The position numbers and the translations under genes are program-made. Below the pieces are notes generated by a model that searched no databases, was not told the origin of the DNA, and saw only the letters and a list, made by a program, of their open reading frames with translations. A stretch of 64,000 nucleotides of DNA from Pseudomonadota bacterium (GTDB lineage: Bacteria; Myxococcota; JACRCW01; JAFGSX01), in contig JBDRCO010000063.1 in NCBI GenBank assembly GCA_043821645.1, forward strand, positions 1-64,000, in the 5' to 3' direction. Positions 22,001 through 33,642 of this stretch are shown piece by piece. Numbering within the stretch: position 1 is the first letter of the stretch; the number at the start of each line of letters is the position of its first letter.

Positions 22001-22999
22001 GCCCCAGGCCATGGCCAGGTGCTCGACCTCGACCTGCTCGGGTGTGGCGTGGAAGAACAAGCTGACGTCGCCGAGATTGAAATCCTCGACCTTGGGGCTG
22101 GTCACCATGAGCAGACCATCGGCCTGGATGTCGACGGCAGCAGGCTTGCTGCGTACCCGCGTCTCGAGTTCGACGAGTCCGTCGAGAGGAAGCTGCGGCA
22201 CAACGATACGCTGCACGGCCTGCAGCGGCAGGTCCAGGTGCAGCTCGACGTCGGCGGCAGGCAGGTGATCCACACCGCGCTGTGAGAAATCCAGCTGCCC
22301 GGACAGCTCCGCGCGCGTGTCCTCGACACCCACCACGAAGCGGTTGAAATCCACCCTGCCGATCTCGAGCAGGCTGTCGCCGTGCTGCTCGGCCTCGCCA
22401 GAGAACGCGCTCAGAACCAGATGATAGGCTCCGTGATCATAGCTGCCACCGCCTACCGAGAAGGCCACGCCATGCCGCGTGAGGTCGCGCCCGGCGATGT
22501 GCACGTCGATCTCGCGCAGCGACAGCAGGCCGCTGTCCTCGATGGCAATGTCGACCCGCCCGTCGCGGATACGCAGGTCGTTGACGCTGATCTTGAGCAG
22601 GGCCTGGCCTGTCCTGCTCAAGCGAGGCAGACCGGCAATGCGACCGCCCACCACACTGAGGCGAGATGTCGGGGTATCCAGCTCCACGCGCTCGAGGCGC
22701 AGGCGCCCCGTCAAAAGCTGCATGGGTGTCAGCTCTATCTTCAGGCGCCGTGCCGCAAAGATCTCGCTCTGATCCTGAGCCCGCACCGAGATACCAGAGA
22801 GGTCGATGCTCGCACGCAGCAGATCAGCCTCGACGCTGTCGACCGTGAGCTGCAACCCGGCCTCGTCGTGGAGGCGCTGTGCAAGGATCCCGATCAGGGT
22901 GCGCATGCCACCGGGACTCTGTACCCACCACACCACAGCCACCCCGAGGGCGAGGTTGAGCAGCAGCAGCAGTGCGATCACGGTGCGCTTGCGTTTCAT
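19007..22999 (-). CDS. tamB: Translocation and assembly module TamB (AsmA-like) protein
   Basis: N-terminal TM anchor, about 1330 aa beta-rich, C-terminal DUF490-like region (L.S.PEL.E.DILSLI); adjacent to the Omp85 gene. Confidence 0.85.
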   Translation of the reverse strand: MKRKRTVIALLLLLNLALGVAVVWWVQSPGGMRTLIGILAQRLHDEAGLQLTVDSVEADLLRASIDLSGISVRAQDQSEIFAARRLKIELTPMQLLTGRLRLERVELDTPTSRLSVVGGRIAGLPRLSRTGQALLKISVNDLRIRDGRVDIAIEDSGLLSLREIDVHIAGRDLTRHGVAFSVGGGSYDHGAYHLVLSAFSGEAEQHGDSLLEIGRVDFNRFVVGVEDTRAELSGQLDFSQRGVDHLPAADVELHLDLPLQAVQRIVVPQLPLDGLVELETRVRSKPAAVDIQADGLLMVTSPKVEDFNLGDVSLFFHATPEQVEVEHLAMAWGGSVVQGSAQLQLDRNLSARVRVRGRDLCFGEVIADMSLVGSWVNFFVDGEAEAWGQFLPRMAFKGTGQGWIRDFEVNDRAYLEAADDDAVLRLQPVQMTTALAFDADRFQFMDATLKDDRTELHGSATLNFDVQRGLEVDFTSEASDLSSVSPIVGVDFGGVGAIAGSLRGPYPDPEITAQADLENFTIERYNFGRAQGRIHYRGLVLSFLQMQAHKNQSDYRATVVLDFNDGVDLSVEAAVDGTRVEDLQQIIPRDDVGGVMSFLRDLPLTGRLSGLGVARGDIRGGTTADLTGSADLIFADSALYGQSFERGVGRGRLSLKSLFVDELVLNKGSGTLAMQGTIAREDGAIAATVQARAVPLDRMEVLDNETAPVRGEGDVDLSIGGVVTRMVATGQLQLRDLIVGPTELGEGQLKLGLDDIELDLNGTTFSGDGTFDGHITIASPFAYRASLTRVGGDLLPLLPDQVVPEDLTLSARIQATSSGYLKELSQSTGTLRLEDAELGVRGVEFAASGPIEASFAGAEFDVNRMVLRHGELDRIELRGRIGRRQLSVEIDSDLGLELVSAFTDRVIEAEGRLNLAVGISGAYTDPVLLGQGRIQGGRLVIAKFEHPIEELQGRLSLTRDTLLVDSVTARVGDAPVEGDGELRFEGLTPRHLRLQARIQAPLTLHIPASVTTRSQGMLELSGNFDALYLRGDVEVLSARYTENWDVERILPEFRRRRLVPQAFNPTDEQVNLDVLLRADDNIIVRNNVLDTELKGEVRITGTDERPGMRGTLNLLRGTAQFRGNRYELEQTTIDLVDAYRIAPILDVVAHTRTRQPRPYDIDVLMQGPLEDLRIQLQSSPELAEIDILSLITLGFTREDLRDVRTTTGTAALEVLSAYSGLDREVQRVLPLPVHEVRLSSIFSESQGTTVPSVVVGIELLEGLRLQVPYVEGAHLRLQSSLLGAAGGRSDQRVELDIRLNDSTSVRGVLDNDAERNIGDPGVDLNYRLEF

Positions 23000-23205
23000 T
23001 CGGTTGACTCACTGCGTCACGAAACGCAGCTTCCTCTGTGGGACGTGAACACATCCCCTTTGTTCATTATTCATGGTGCCAAAGCCCAGCGCCCACCGCA
23101 AGAAAGCGGGGGGTCGAAGGAAAAAGCCCTGCACAGGCATGACACTCGCACCTCCCCCACAGCCGGTGATACAAGTGGCGGCCTGGTAACCGCGGGATTT
23201 CACTC

Positions 23206-24894
23206 ATGGGCGTGACACGCGATCTGGCCCGGCTCAACACCATCGCGATGGCCCTGGCCAGACATGGCTTCGGCCACCACCTGGCCAGGCTGCGCCAGTT
23301 CAGGGGACTGTCGCGCAACACCGAGCTTGATCCAGCGCTGGTCGAGGCGGACGCCGCCGTGCGCTTTGCCAAGATGCTCGAGGAGCTGGGCCCCACCTTC
23401 GTCAAGCTGGGCCAGATCCTGTCGACGCGCCCCGACCTGTTGCCACCGTCGTTCATTGCCGAACTCTGCCACCTGCAGGACAAGGTTCCCCCGCTGGCCT
23501 TCGACGAGATCCGCAATGCCATCGCCGATGGCCTGCCCGGGAGCGTGGAGGCGCACTTCAGCTTCATCAGCGAGCAACCGCTGGCCTCGGCGTCGATTGC
23601 CCAGGTGCACGCCGCCAAGCTGCTGGATGGGACCCCGGTGGTGGTCAAGGTACAGCGGCCGGGCATCGGCGCGCAGATGGCCACGGACTCGGACCTGATA
23701 CGCAAGATGGCCCGGGTGTTCGAGATGCTGTTCGAGGAGGTGGGCAGTTACGGCCCGGTCGCGGTGGTGGAGGAGTGGCAAAAAGGTCTCGCCCTCGAAC
23801 TCGATTTCGACAATGAAGCCCGTGCGGTGCATGCCTTCTACGAGGTCAACAAGGGCCGCGAGGGCGTTCGCATTCCCATGCTGTATGCCGAGCACAGCTC
23901 GCGTACCGTGCTCACCCTGGAGCGCCTGGCGGGCCGCCGCCTGGCGGACATCGTACTCCCCGCTGAACGTTGCACCGTGGCCACGGCGCTCATCGACTGC
24001 GCCTTCAGGCAGGTATTCGAGGACGGCCTGTTTCATGCGGATCCGCACCCCGGCAACTTCCTGATCCTGGACAGCGGCGCCATCGGGATCCTCGACTTCG
24101 GCCTGGTCGGACACATCACCAAGGACAGCCAGGACAGCCTGATCGCGCTGGCCCTGGCCATCGCCCTCGGTGACGCCGACACCGTGGCGCGCCTGGTCTA
24201 CCGCATCGGCAACCCGGAGGAGCGCATTCCCCTTGGTGCGTTCCGCTCCGAGATGAGGTTGTTGCTCGATCGCTATGTAGGCTTGCGCCTCGAGCAGGTG
24301 CGCACCCGTGTCCTGGCGCGCGAGCTGCTCGACCTGATGGCACGCTACAAGCTTCGGGTGCCTCGAGAGTTCGCGCTCCTGGCCAAGGCTACGGTCACCC
24401 TGGAAGGTGTGACCCGAGAACTCAACCCGGACCTCGACGTCAAGTCCACCTTGCTGCCCTACACCGAGCAGCTGCTCATGGAGCGCTTCGATCCTCGACA
24501 GATGCAGGGCGGTGGGCTCAAGCTCATGCTCCAGCTCGCGGGCTTCCTGCAGGATCTGCCGCTTCAGCTGTCCCAGGCCCTGCTCGACATGGAGACCGGC
24601 AAGACCACCATCCGCGTCGAGGGCCGCGGCATGGAGTCGCTCGCATCCAGCGTGCGCTCCCTGGGCATCGCCGTCCTCGCGGCGGCAGTGGCAGCCGCCT
24701 CCATCATCGGCGGTGTCATCGCGGCACCACACGTGCCCGGCTACATCCTGGGCTGGCCCACCAGCGTCGTCGGCGGCATCACCGTGGCCACCCTCGTCGC
24801 GCTGCCGGCCACCCTGTTCGTGCTGGCCCACGGCCGCCTCCCCCGCTTGCGCCTGCGGCGTGGGAGATCGCGCTTGCCGCCCCCGGGACACTGA
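23206..24894 (+). CDS. ABC1/AarF/UbiB-family atypical kinase
   Basis: LEELGPTFVKLGQILSTRPDL, PLASASIAQVH, VVVKVQRP, FHADPHPGN, LDFG; two C-terminal TM helices. Confidence 0.92.
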   Translation: MGVTRDLARLNTIAMALARHGFGHHLARLRQFRGLSRNTELDPALVEADAAVRFAKMLEELGPTFVKLGQILSTRPDLLPPSFIAELCHLQDKVPPLAFDEIRNAIADGLPGSVEAHFSFISEQPLASASIAQVHAAKLLDGTPVVVKVQRPGIGAQMATDSDLIRKMARVFEMLFEEVGSYGPVAVVEEWQKGLALELDFDNEARAVHAFYEVNKGREGVRIPMLYAEHSSRTVLTLERLAGRRLADIVLPAERCTVATALIDCAFRQVFEDGLFHADPHPGNFLILDSGAIGILDFGLVGHITKDSQDSLIALALAIALGDADTVARLVYRIGNPEERIPLGAFRSEMRLLLDRYVGLRLEQVRTRVLARELLDLMARYKLRVPREFALLAKATVTLEGVTRELNPDLDVKSTLLPYTEQLLMERFDPRQMQGGGLKLMLQLAGFLQDLPLQLSQALLDMETGKTTIRVEGRGMESLASSVRSLGIAVLAAAVAAASIIGGVIAAPHVPGYILGWPTSVVGGITVATLVALPATLFVLAHGRLPRLRLRRGRSRLPPPGH

Positions 24895-24904
24895 CGGTCC
24901 GGCC

Positions 24905-26098
24905 ATGCAGCTCGACCCCGCACAGCAGAAGATCCTCGACGGAGAACAGGGCCAGGCCGCGCGCATGGCCATGGAGATCCTGGTGGCACTCGGGCGTATC
25001 TACGGCGCGCTTCGACTGGCACCGGTGCGCAGCGTGCAGATCGCCGGAGTGTCGTACCACAACCTTGGCGACGCGGGACTGGAGTACCTGGCGGACCTGG
25101 CGGTCGACGGCAAGGTCCAGGTCCCGACCACCCTCAATCCCGCAGGCATGGACCTCGAGCGCTGGACCGAGATGGGTATCAGCGAGGACTTCGCTGCCAA
25201 GCAGCGCCGCGTCATCGAGGCCTACACGCGCATGGGTGTGAGCCTGAGTTGCACCTGTACACCCTACCTTTTGGGGAACCGTCCGCGCCGCGGCGAGACC
25301 CTCGCCTGGAGCGAATCGTCCGCCGTCACCTTTGCCAACAGCGTGCTCGGCGCCAGGACCAACCGCGAGGGAGGTCCCTCGGCCCTGGCCAGTGCACTCA
25401 CCGGCGTCACGGCCATCTACGGCCTGCACCTTGACAACGAGCGGCGTCCGACCCTCGCCGTGCACGCGACCTGCCCACTGGCGGGAAGCGACGACTGGGG
25501 CCTGCTGGGAGCCGTGATCGGCAAGACCCGACCCGGTGCCCTTCCCTGGATCCGCTCGCGCACCCGCCCCGACGACAGCGAGCTTCGGGCGTTGAGTGCA
25601 GCGTTGCCCACCTTTGGAGGCAAGCCCATGTTTCACCTTCAGGGTGTGACCCCCGAAGCCGAGCAGCACCGCCCTCCCGACGACGTGCTGACCGTCGACA
25701 GAGCGATGATCGAAAGGACCCGCGCCGAACTCGAGAGCGGGGATGACACCATCGATCTGGTGGCCCTGGGATGTCCCCACGCGTCCTTCGAGGAACTCGA
25801 GACGATCGCGCACCTGCTCGACGGCGGCCGAGCAGTGGTGCCGCTGTGGATCTCGACGGCGCGAGGCACCCTGGAACGCGCCCGCGCCGCAGGCATCGTG
25901 CAGAACATCGAGGCCCTCGGGGGCCACGTGTGGGCCGACACCTGCTTCGCCGTGGCGCCGCTCAAGGGGCGCTTCGCCCGCGTCGCCACCAGCAGCGCCA
26001 AGGGATGCTTCTACGGCAGCGGGCACAACCTGTTCCGCATGCGCCTGGGCTCCCTCGAGCAGTGCATCGCCGCAGCCTGCAGCGGGACCTGGACATGA
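24905..26098 (+). CDS. Aconitase X catalytic (large) subunit (DUF521); phosphomevalonate dehydratase-like
   Basis: QIAGVSY, TTLNP, CTCTPY, WSESSA, SVLGARTNREGG, GCPH, DTC. Confidence 0.88.
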   Translation: MQLDPAQQKILDGEQGQAARMAMEILVALGRIYGALRLAPVRSVQIAGVSYHNLGDAGLEYLADLAVDGKVQVPTTLNPAGMDLERWTEMGISEDFAAKQRRVIEAYTRMGVSLSCTCTPYLLGNRPRRGETLAWSESSAVTFANSVLGARTNREGGPSALASALTGVTAIYGLHLDNERRPTLAVHATCPLAGSDDWGLLGAVIGKTRPGALPWIRSRTRPDDSELRALSAALPTFGGKPMFHLQGVTPEAEQHRPPDDVLTVDRAMIERTRAELESGDDTIDLVALGCPHASFEELETIAHLLDGGRAVVPLWISTARGTLERARAAGIVQNIEALGGHVWADTCFAVAPLKGRFARVATSSAKGCFYGSGHNLFRMRLGSLEQCIAAACSGTWT

Positions 26099-26484
26099 CG
26101 GGCACCCTGCACGGACGCGTGATCAAGCACGGCCAGGCCGGCGGCCGCGCCCTGTGCAGTACCGTGCCGATCTCGTTCTTCGGCGGAGTGGACCCTGATA
26201 CCGGCATCGTGACCGAGAAGGGCCACCCGCTCGAGGGGCAGTGTTGTGCCGGCCGGGTGCTGGTGTTCCCACATGGCAAGGGCTCCACGGTCGGCAGCTA
26301 CGCCCTTTTACGGCTGCAGAAGAACGGCGTGGCTCCCGCGGCCATGATCAACCGCGAGTGCGAGACCATCGTCGCGGTGGGAGCCATCATCGCCGGCATC
26401 CCGTGCGTGGATCAGCTCGACATCGACGCCATCGCGGACGGGGACGCCGTGGATGTCGACGGAGAGCGGGTCACGGTGCGCTGA
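26095..26484 (+). CDS. Aconitase X swivel (small) subunit (DUF126)
   Basis: ISFFGGVDPDTG..HPL.GQ, GKGSTVGSY, IVAVGAIIAGIP; ATGA overlap with the large subunit. Confidence 0.9.
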   Translation: MTGTLHGRVIKHGQAGGRALCSTVPISFFGGVDPDTGIVTEKGHPLEGQCCAGRVLVFPHGKGSTVGSYALLRLQKNGVAPAAMINRECETIVAVGAIIAGIPCVDQLDIDAIADGDAVDVDGERVTVR

Positions 26485-26545
26485 TGGAAATGACCAGATC
26501 CGCTTGCGTCGGATCGTCGGTGGTCCCTGGCCGGCCGTCTCCGCT

Positions 26546-28243
<1,698 letters not shown>

Positions 28244-28490
28244 GGCACTCTCGCTCGGGTCGCGACGGTGGTCGTCGCCGGCCGGGATGTGAAGGGCGGA
28301 TACTGCCAGCACATGGGGCCTGGATGTCAATCCCGCGCGTGCCCTCGGATGGCCCCCCCGGGGGGGGCCCTGGCAAACGATTTGACCGCCTTCGGGGCAC
28401 GATGTTAACTTTGCCGGTGTCGAAGAACTTGCCGCGGACCAGACCCGTCGACGACGAGAACGGTGGCCTGCTCCGCTCAAGAACGCAGCA

Positions 28491-29258
28491 ATGAAACTGG
28501 TTGCCGCAGGTCAAACCAATGTGGGGCGCAAGCGCTCTCACAACGAAGACAACCTGCTACTGGTGGATTCGGAGAACCTCTTTGTCGTCGCCGACGGCAT
28601 GGGCGGACATGCCTCCGGCGAGGTCGCCAGCCAGATCGCCATCGAGTCGCTCAAGGATTTCTTCAAGCGCACCAGCGACAATGATGAGGTGACCTGGCCC
28701 TTCAAGGAAGAGAAGGGTCTCAAGTACGAGGAGAACCGCCTCGTCACCTCGATCAAGCTCGCCAACCAGCGCATCTTCGAGACCTCGAACAGCGAGGCCC
28801 GGCTCAAGGGCATGGGGACCACCATCGTCAGCGCCCTGTTCACCGACGGTACGGCCTACCTGGGTCACGTCGGCGACTCGCGAGCCTACCGGGTCCGCAG
28901 CGGCGCCATCGAACAACTGACCGAGGATCACTCGCTGCTCAACGACTACATCAAGGCCAACAAGCTGACCCCCGAGGAGATCGAGGCCTTCCCGCACAAG
29001 AACGTGATCGTGCGCGCCCTGGGCATGCGCGAGACCGTGCAGGTCGACATCAGCCGCCTGGATCCGCAGGTTGGTGATGTGTACCTGCTGTGCTCGGACG
29101 GGCTGTCCGGCATGCTCTCCGATCCGGATCTCCAGCGCATCGTCGACGCCGCGGGCAGCGACCTCGATGAGGCCTGTGCCGCCCTCATCGCTGGGGCCAA
29201 CGAGAACGGTGGCGTGGACAACATCACGGTGGTGCTGGTCCGGATCACCGAGGCCTAG
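28491..29258 (+). CDS. PP2C-family Ser/Thr protein phosphatase (Stp1/Pph1-like)
   Basis: [45 protein letters not shown]. Confidence 0.95.
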   Translation: MKLVAAGQTNVGRKRSHNEDNLLLVDSENLFVVADGMGGHASGEVASQIAIESLKDFFKRTSDNDEVTWPFKEEKGLKYEENRLVTSIKLANQRIFETSNSEARLKGMGTTIVSALFTDGTAYLGHVGDSRAYRVRSGAIEQLTEDHSLLNDYIKANKLTPEEIEAFPHKNVIVRALGMRETVQVDISRLDPQVGDVYLLCSDGLSGMLSDPDLQRIVDAAGSDLDEACAALIAGANENGGVDNITVVLVRITEA

Positions 29259-29305
29259 GCGGTCCCTCTCTTTTTTCGGCCTCGTGCCTGTGGTATCGCA
29301 TCATC

Positions 29306-31357
29306 ATGCCGAATCGATATCCTGGCACCGTCGTCGCCGTGCTGCTGTGGAGTCTGCTGGCTGTCGCCTGCAGCGGTTCGCGCAGCCAGCCCATCGAGAA
29401 GTTCCACGTCCGCCACCTCGCCGACCCCAGCAAGTACGTCGATGTGGACGCGGTGGTCCTGCTCGAGAAGCTGGAGCTGACCTTCAGCTTCAGTGTCAAG
29501 CAATGGCAGCCCTTTGCCGAGCTGGTGCACCACCGGCGCATCCACGTCCTCAAGCCTGCAGCCTTGCACCTGCGCAAGGTGGCCGTTCCCTTCGACGACA
29601 CCAGCGGCATCCTGGACATCACCGCGCGCATCACCCACCCCGACGGCAGTGTGCAGGATCTGGGAGCCGTGCCGACCCTGGACTTCAATCGCTTTGCTCC
29701 CGGCCACCGTGCCTCGGGCCTTTACAACGCGCCTGCCGCCAAGGTCTTTGCCGCTCCGGACCTGCAGGTGGGTGACGTCATCGAGTACCGCTACCGCCGG
29801 GTGATTCGCGATGCCTCCTGGGTGGACCCCTTGCGCCTGGGTGGGCCCTATCCCATCGAGCGCGGCGAGGTGGCGATCATCTACCCCGACGGCTTCGATG
29901 TGGACTACCGGGTGCTCAAGAACGAGCGCGCGGTCGACGACAAGCCGCAGCGGCTGCCCGAGCGCGTCCGGGCCGATCCCCGCGATTCTTCGAGTGAGGG
30001 CGTGCCCGGCATCAAGCTGCTATGGGTGTACCAGGACCTGCCGGCTCTGTACCCCGAGCCCCTGCGCCCGGCCGACGATGCGGTGGCCACCCAGGTTCAT
30101 GTTCGCTTCAAGAGCTTCTTCCTGGGTGACCGCGCCTTCGAGGGCTTTCGCACCTGGGACGACGTGGCACGCTGGTACGGGCGCCTGATCGGCGATGCCG
30201 ACGCACCCGACAGCTCGACCGAGCGACGCGTCAAGGAGATCGGCGCCACCACAACCGCACCCAAGCTCGAGCGCATGCGGCGCATCAACCGCTGGATCGC
30301 CGACCACGTCGTGCCCATCGACTTCGACGGCAACCTGGCCGCGCTCAAGGTCCACCGTGCCTCCAGCATCCTCGCCACCGGCGCCGGAGATGCCAAGGAC
30401 ATCGCCAGCCTGGCCCTGGCCATGCTGCGCGCGGCCGGCGTCGAAGCCTTTCCGGTGCTGTGCGCTCGCCGCGGCACCCAGGCGGTGGCCCTGGATTTGC
30501 CCACCCCGGCGGCCTTCAACGCCGTCGTCGTCGCGGTGGCCGTGGGCGGTGGCTACAAGTTCTTTGCCCCCGATGGCTACGGCCTGCCCACCGGACGTCT
30601 GCCCTGGCAGGTGCAAGGTTCCCGCGGCTTGCTCATCCGGCCCTCCGGCGCCGAGCTGGTCGAACTCCCCGAGGATGGCCTCGACGACAACCGGCGCGAG
30701 ATCGACATCAAACTCGATCTCGCCAGCGATGGCTCTGCCAGTGGCACGGCCCTGCTCACCCTGCGCGGCCAGGACGCCGGGCTGGGGCGCCTGGCCCTGC
30801 AACGTCTCGAGGGCGCGTCCCTGTTCGCCTTCTTCCAGGGTTACATCGTCGAGGACAGAAGCAAGCTCGTGGTCACCGCGGTGCAGCCCCCCAAGGGTGA
30901 CGACGGCGACAAGGCCCTCAAGGTCCTGGCTACGATCGTCGGGCCAGGCCTCGCCACACCCGCAGGAGGAGGTCTTCGCTACTCCGTGACCGACCTGGTG
31001 GGAATCCCCTTCTCGTTCCTGTGGCGCGAGATCCGCAGGACGCCGGTCGATGTGGGCTTCCGCTTCACCGAGCGCCGGCTGTTCTCGGTGGCCATGCCCG
31101 AGGGCACGGGGCTCACCGCACAGCCTCCAGACTACAAGCGCGACAGCACCCAGGTCCTGCTGGACGATCGCTACGCCCCGGCCGATGGCCGAGCTCGCAT
31201 GCTGCGGGATCGCGCGCAGAAGGTCGGTCGCATCATGCCGTCGGACTACGCCGACTTCAGGTCCTTCTATGAATCCCTGTGGCAGCACCAGGACAGCGCC
31301 TTCGTGATCGCGGTGGGCGGCGACCGGGGTGTGGACTACAAGGGAGACGACTTCTAG
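29306..31357 (+). CDS. DUF3857/transglutaminase-like lipoprotein
   Basis: Lipobox [19 protein letters not shown]; transglutaminase-like core GDAKD...[10 protein letters not shown]. Confidence 0.75.
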   Translation: MPNRYPGTVVAVLLWSLLAVACSGSRSQPIEKFHVRHLADPSKYVDVDAVVLLEKLELTFSFSVKQWQPFAELVHHRRIHVLKPAALHLRKVAVPFDDTSGILDITARITHPDGSVQDLGAVPTLDFNRFAPGHRASGLYNAPAAKVFAAPDLQVGDVIEYRYRRVIRDASWVDPLRLGGPYPIERGEVAIIYPDGFDVDYRVLKNERAVDDKPQRLPERVRADPRDSSSEGVPGIKLLWVYQDLPALYPEPLRPADDAVATQVHVRFKSFFLGDRAFEGFRTWDDVARWYGRLIGDADAPDSSTERRVKEIGATTTAPKLERMRRINRWIADHVVPIDFDGNLAALKVHRASSILATGAGDAKDIASLALAMLRAAGVEAFPVLCARRGTQAVALDLPTPAAFNAVVVAVAVGGGYKFFAPDGYGLPTGRLPWQVQGSRGLLIRPSGAELVELPEDGLDDNRREIDIKLDLASDGSASGTALLTLRGQDAGLGRLALQRLEGASLFAFFQGYIVEDRSKLVVTAVQPPKGDDGDKALKVLATIVGPGLATPAGGGLRYSVTDLVGIPFSFLWREIRRTPVDVGFRFTERRLFSVAMPEGTGLTAQPPDYKRDSTQVLLDDRYAPADGRARMLRDRAQKVGRIMPSDYADFRSFYESLWQHQDSAFVIAVGGDRGVDYKGDDF

Positions 31358-31445
31358 GGAATCCGTCGGGCTCAGGAGCCAAGACACCTGGCCATCGTCC
31401 GATGCCGTCACAGCGGTCCGGCCACTGCCGCAGAGGGACACCAGC

Positions 31446-32300
31446 ATGAGTGCGCAGATCATCGACGGCAAGGAGATCGCGGCCCGCGTGGTGGGCGAGC
31501 TGGTGGCCGAGGTACAGGCTCTGGTGGACCAGGGTGTGCAGCCGGGGCTGGCCACGGTACTGGTCGGTGACGACCCGGCCAGCGCGACCTACGTGCGCAA
31601 CAAGCACAAGAAGGCGCGCAAGCTGGGACTGTACACGGTGGAACACAAGCTCCCGGCCGACACCTCCCAGGCTGCAATACTCGAGCTCGTCGCCAGCCTC
31701 AACGCGGATCCCCTGATCGACGGCATCCTGGTGCAGCTGCCTGTGCCACCGCAGATCGACGCCAGCGTCGTCATCGAGCACATCGAACCGGCGAAGGACG
31801 TCGACGGCCTGCACCCTCAGAGCATGGGTTACCTGATGGCTGGCGTGCCGCGCCTGGTGGCCTGCACCCCGGCGGGTTGCCTGCGCCTGCTCGACGAGGT
31901 CGGTGTCGAATTGAAGGGTGCCCATGCGGTGGTGGTGGGGCGCTCGAACATCGTGGGCAAGCCCATGGCCGCCCTGCTCCTGGCACGACACTGCACCGTG
32001 ACCCAGTGTCACTCGCGCACCCGCGATCTGGCCGAGATCGTGCGCCAGGGCGACGTGGTGGTGGTCGCGGTGGGCAAGGCCGAGATGGTGCGCGGTGACT
32101 GGATCCGCGACGGGGCCACGGTCATCGACGTGGGCATGAACCGCCGTGACGACGGAACATTGGTGGGTGATGTGGAGTACGCCGCAGCCAGCGAGCGCGC
32201 CGCTGCCATCACGCCGGTTCCTGGCGGGGTGGGACCCATGACCATCGCCATGCTCATGGCCAACACCGTGCGCGCCGCGCGCCTTCGCCGGAGCCCATGA
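31446..32300 (+). CDS. folD: Bifunctional methylene-THF dehydrogenase/cyclohydrolase
   Basis: [48 protein letters not shown]. Confidence 0.97.
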   Translation: MSAQIIDGKEIAARVVGELVAEVQALVDQGVQPGLATVLVGDDPASATYVRNKHKKARKLGLYTVEHKLPADTSQAAILELVASLNADPLIDGILVQLPVPPQIDASVVIEHIEPAKDVDGLHPQSMGYLMAGVPRLVACTPAGCLRLLDEVGVELKGAHAVVVGRSNIVGKPMAALLLARHCTVTQCHSRTRDLAEIVRQGDVVVVAVGKAEMVRGDWIRDGATVIDVGMNRRDDGTLVGDVEYAAASERAAAITPVPGGVGPMTIAMLMANTVRAARLRRSP

Positions 32301-33193
32301 GCGCCACGACCGCCTCGACCTGGCTGCCCGGTACGCGTGCAGTGGTGGCCTGTATCCTCTCGGTGGTGCTGCCAGGGAGCGGCTCCTTCTATCTGGGCCG
32401 GCTACGCACGGCGCTGGTCGCCCTCGGCTTCGCCACGCTGGGCTCGGTGGCGGCGGGACTGCTGTGGCGCGCCGGCGTCATCGGCGCTGCCCCCCTCGTG
32501 GTGGCCATCGCCTTGTGTACCCTGGTAGGGCATGCGGGAGGCGCTCTCCTCGCCGCCATCGAGGCCTGGCAAGGGCGAACCAAGCGCGCGTTCGTGCCCT
32601 CGCTGGGTTTCATGCTCCTCGCGGCCAGCAGTCTGTTCGCCATGCGCAGGCTGAGCCAGCTCTGGATCATGGCGACCTATGCCGTCGCCACCATCGCCAT
32701 GGAGCCGGGTCTACAGCACGGGGATCGGGTCCTGGTCGTTCCCCACGCCCCGGAGTACGCCTACCCCCGCGGCAGCATCGTGGCCCTGCGCGATCCCTCC
32801 AGTGGCGAGAACTTCGTCCGTCGACTCATCGCCGTCGGTGGTGATGGGGTGCGCATCCACGACAGCGAGGTGCTGGTCAACGGTCACAGTCTGCGCCAGG
32901 GCCCCTGCGACGACAGCGCCCTGATGCCCTGCTTCGTCGAGCGAAGCCTCGACGGGCTGGAGTACGTGGTGGTCGAGCGCCTGGCGGATGGCGGCATGGA
33001 TCTGCAGGTCACGGTGCCCGAGGGCTCGGTGTTCGTGATGCGGGATCGTCGCGACCTGAGCCTCCCCCTCGACCCCATGTCGCGAGAGTGGCTCACCGGC
33101 GAGGTCTGGGACGTGTGGTGGTCCTATACCCACCAGGGCGTCAGGCTTGAGCGCCTGGGGCTGCCGGCTCGACCCCGGCCAGCGTCGCCATGA
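32297..33193 (+). CDS. Signal peptidase I (S26)-like membrane protein with substituted catalytic residues
   Basis: Four N-terminal TMs; box B AMEPGL..GDRVLV, box [21 protein letters not shown]; overlaps the folD stop (ATGA). Confidence 0.75.
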   Translation: MSATTASTWLPGTRAVVACILSVVLPGSGSFYLGRLRTALVALGFATLGSVAAGLLWRAGVIGAAPLVVAIALCTLVGHAGGALLAAIEAWQGRTKRAFVPSLGFMLLAASSLFAMRRLSQLWIMATYAVATIAMEPGLQHGDRVLVVPHAPEYAYPRGSIVALRDPSSGENFVRRLIAVGGDGVRIHDSEVLVNGHSLRQGPCDDSALMPCFVERSLDGLEYVVVERLADGGMDLQVTVPEGSVFVMRDRRDLSLPLDPMSREWLTGEVWDVWWSYTHQGVRLERLGLPARPRPASP

Positions 33194-33534
33194 ACGCCCT
33201 GAAGCGTCAACCCGTGGACGAGATCGTCGCCACCCGCGATCTCTTCGTGCTGGTGCTTGGCCTCGCCGGAGTGGTGGTCGGCGCCATCTTCGGCCTGCTG
33301 GTCTCCGGTCGCAGCCCCGAGCAGGTCGCACGCCTGGCAGCGTGGGCCACACCCACCTCGGGGGCGGTCACCGCCGTCCTGGTCTCCGACGTCTTCCTCG
33401 TGCTGCGACGGTCCCGGCCGCTTGCGTCGCTGTTGCTGCGCCTGGGCCTGCTTGGACTCAATGCCATCCTGTTCGTGGTGGAGCTACTGGTGCTGGTGGT
33501 CGCGCTGCTGAGCTCTCGGGGCGTCGGCCTCTGA
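33190..33534 (+). CDS. Small membrane protein (3 TM)
   Basis: ATGA overlap with the upstream gene; three hydrophobic segments. Confidence 0.6.
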   Translation: MNALKRQPVDEIVATRDLFVLVLGLAGVVVGAIFGLLVSGRSPEQVARLAAWATPTSGAVTAVLVSDVFLVLRRSRPLASLLLRLGLLGLNAILFVVELLVLVVALLSSRGVGL

Positions 33535-33642
33535 GTCCACTTCGAGCCTGGTGGGGTGGCGCGGACCTGTGGCGGTGCCGGACCGCTACCCGGGCCCGCA
33601 CTCGGCCCTCCCCTCGACGCTGAAGCCTGCTAGACTGGGCGC

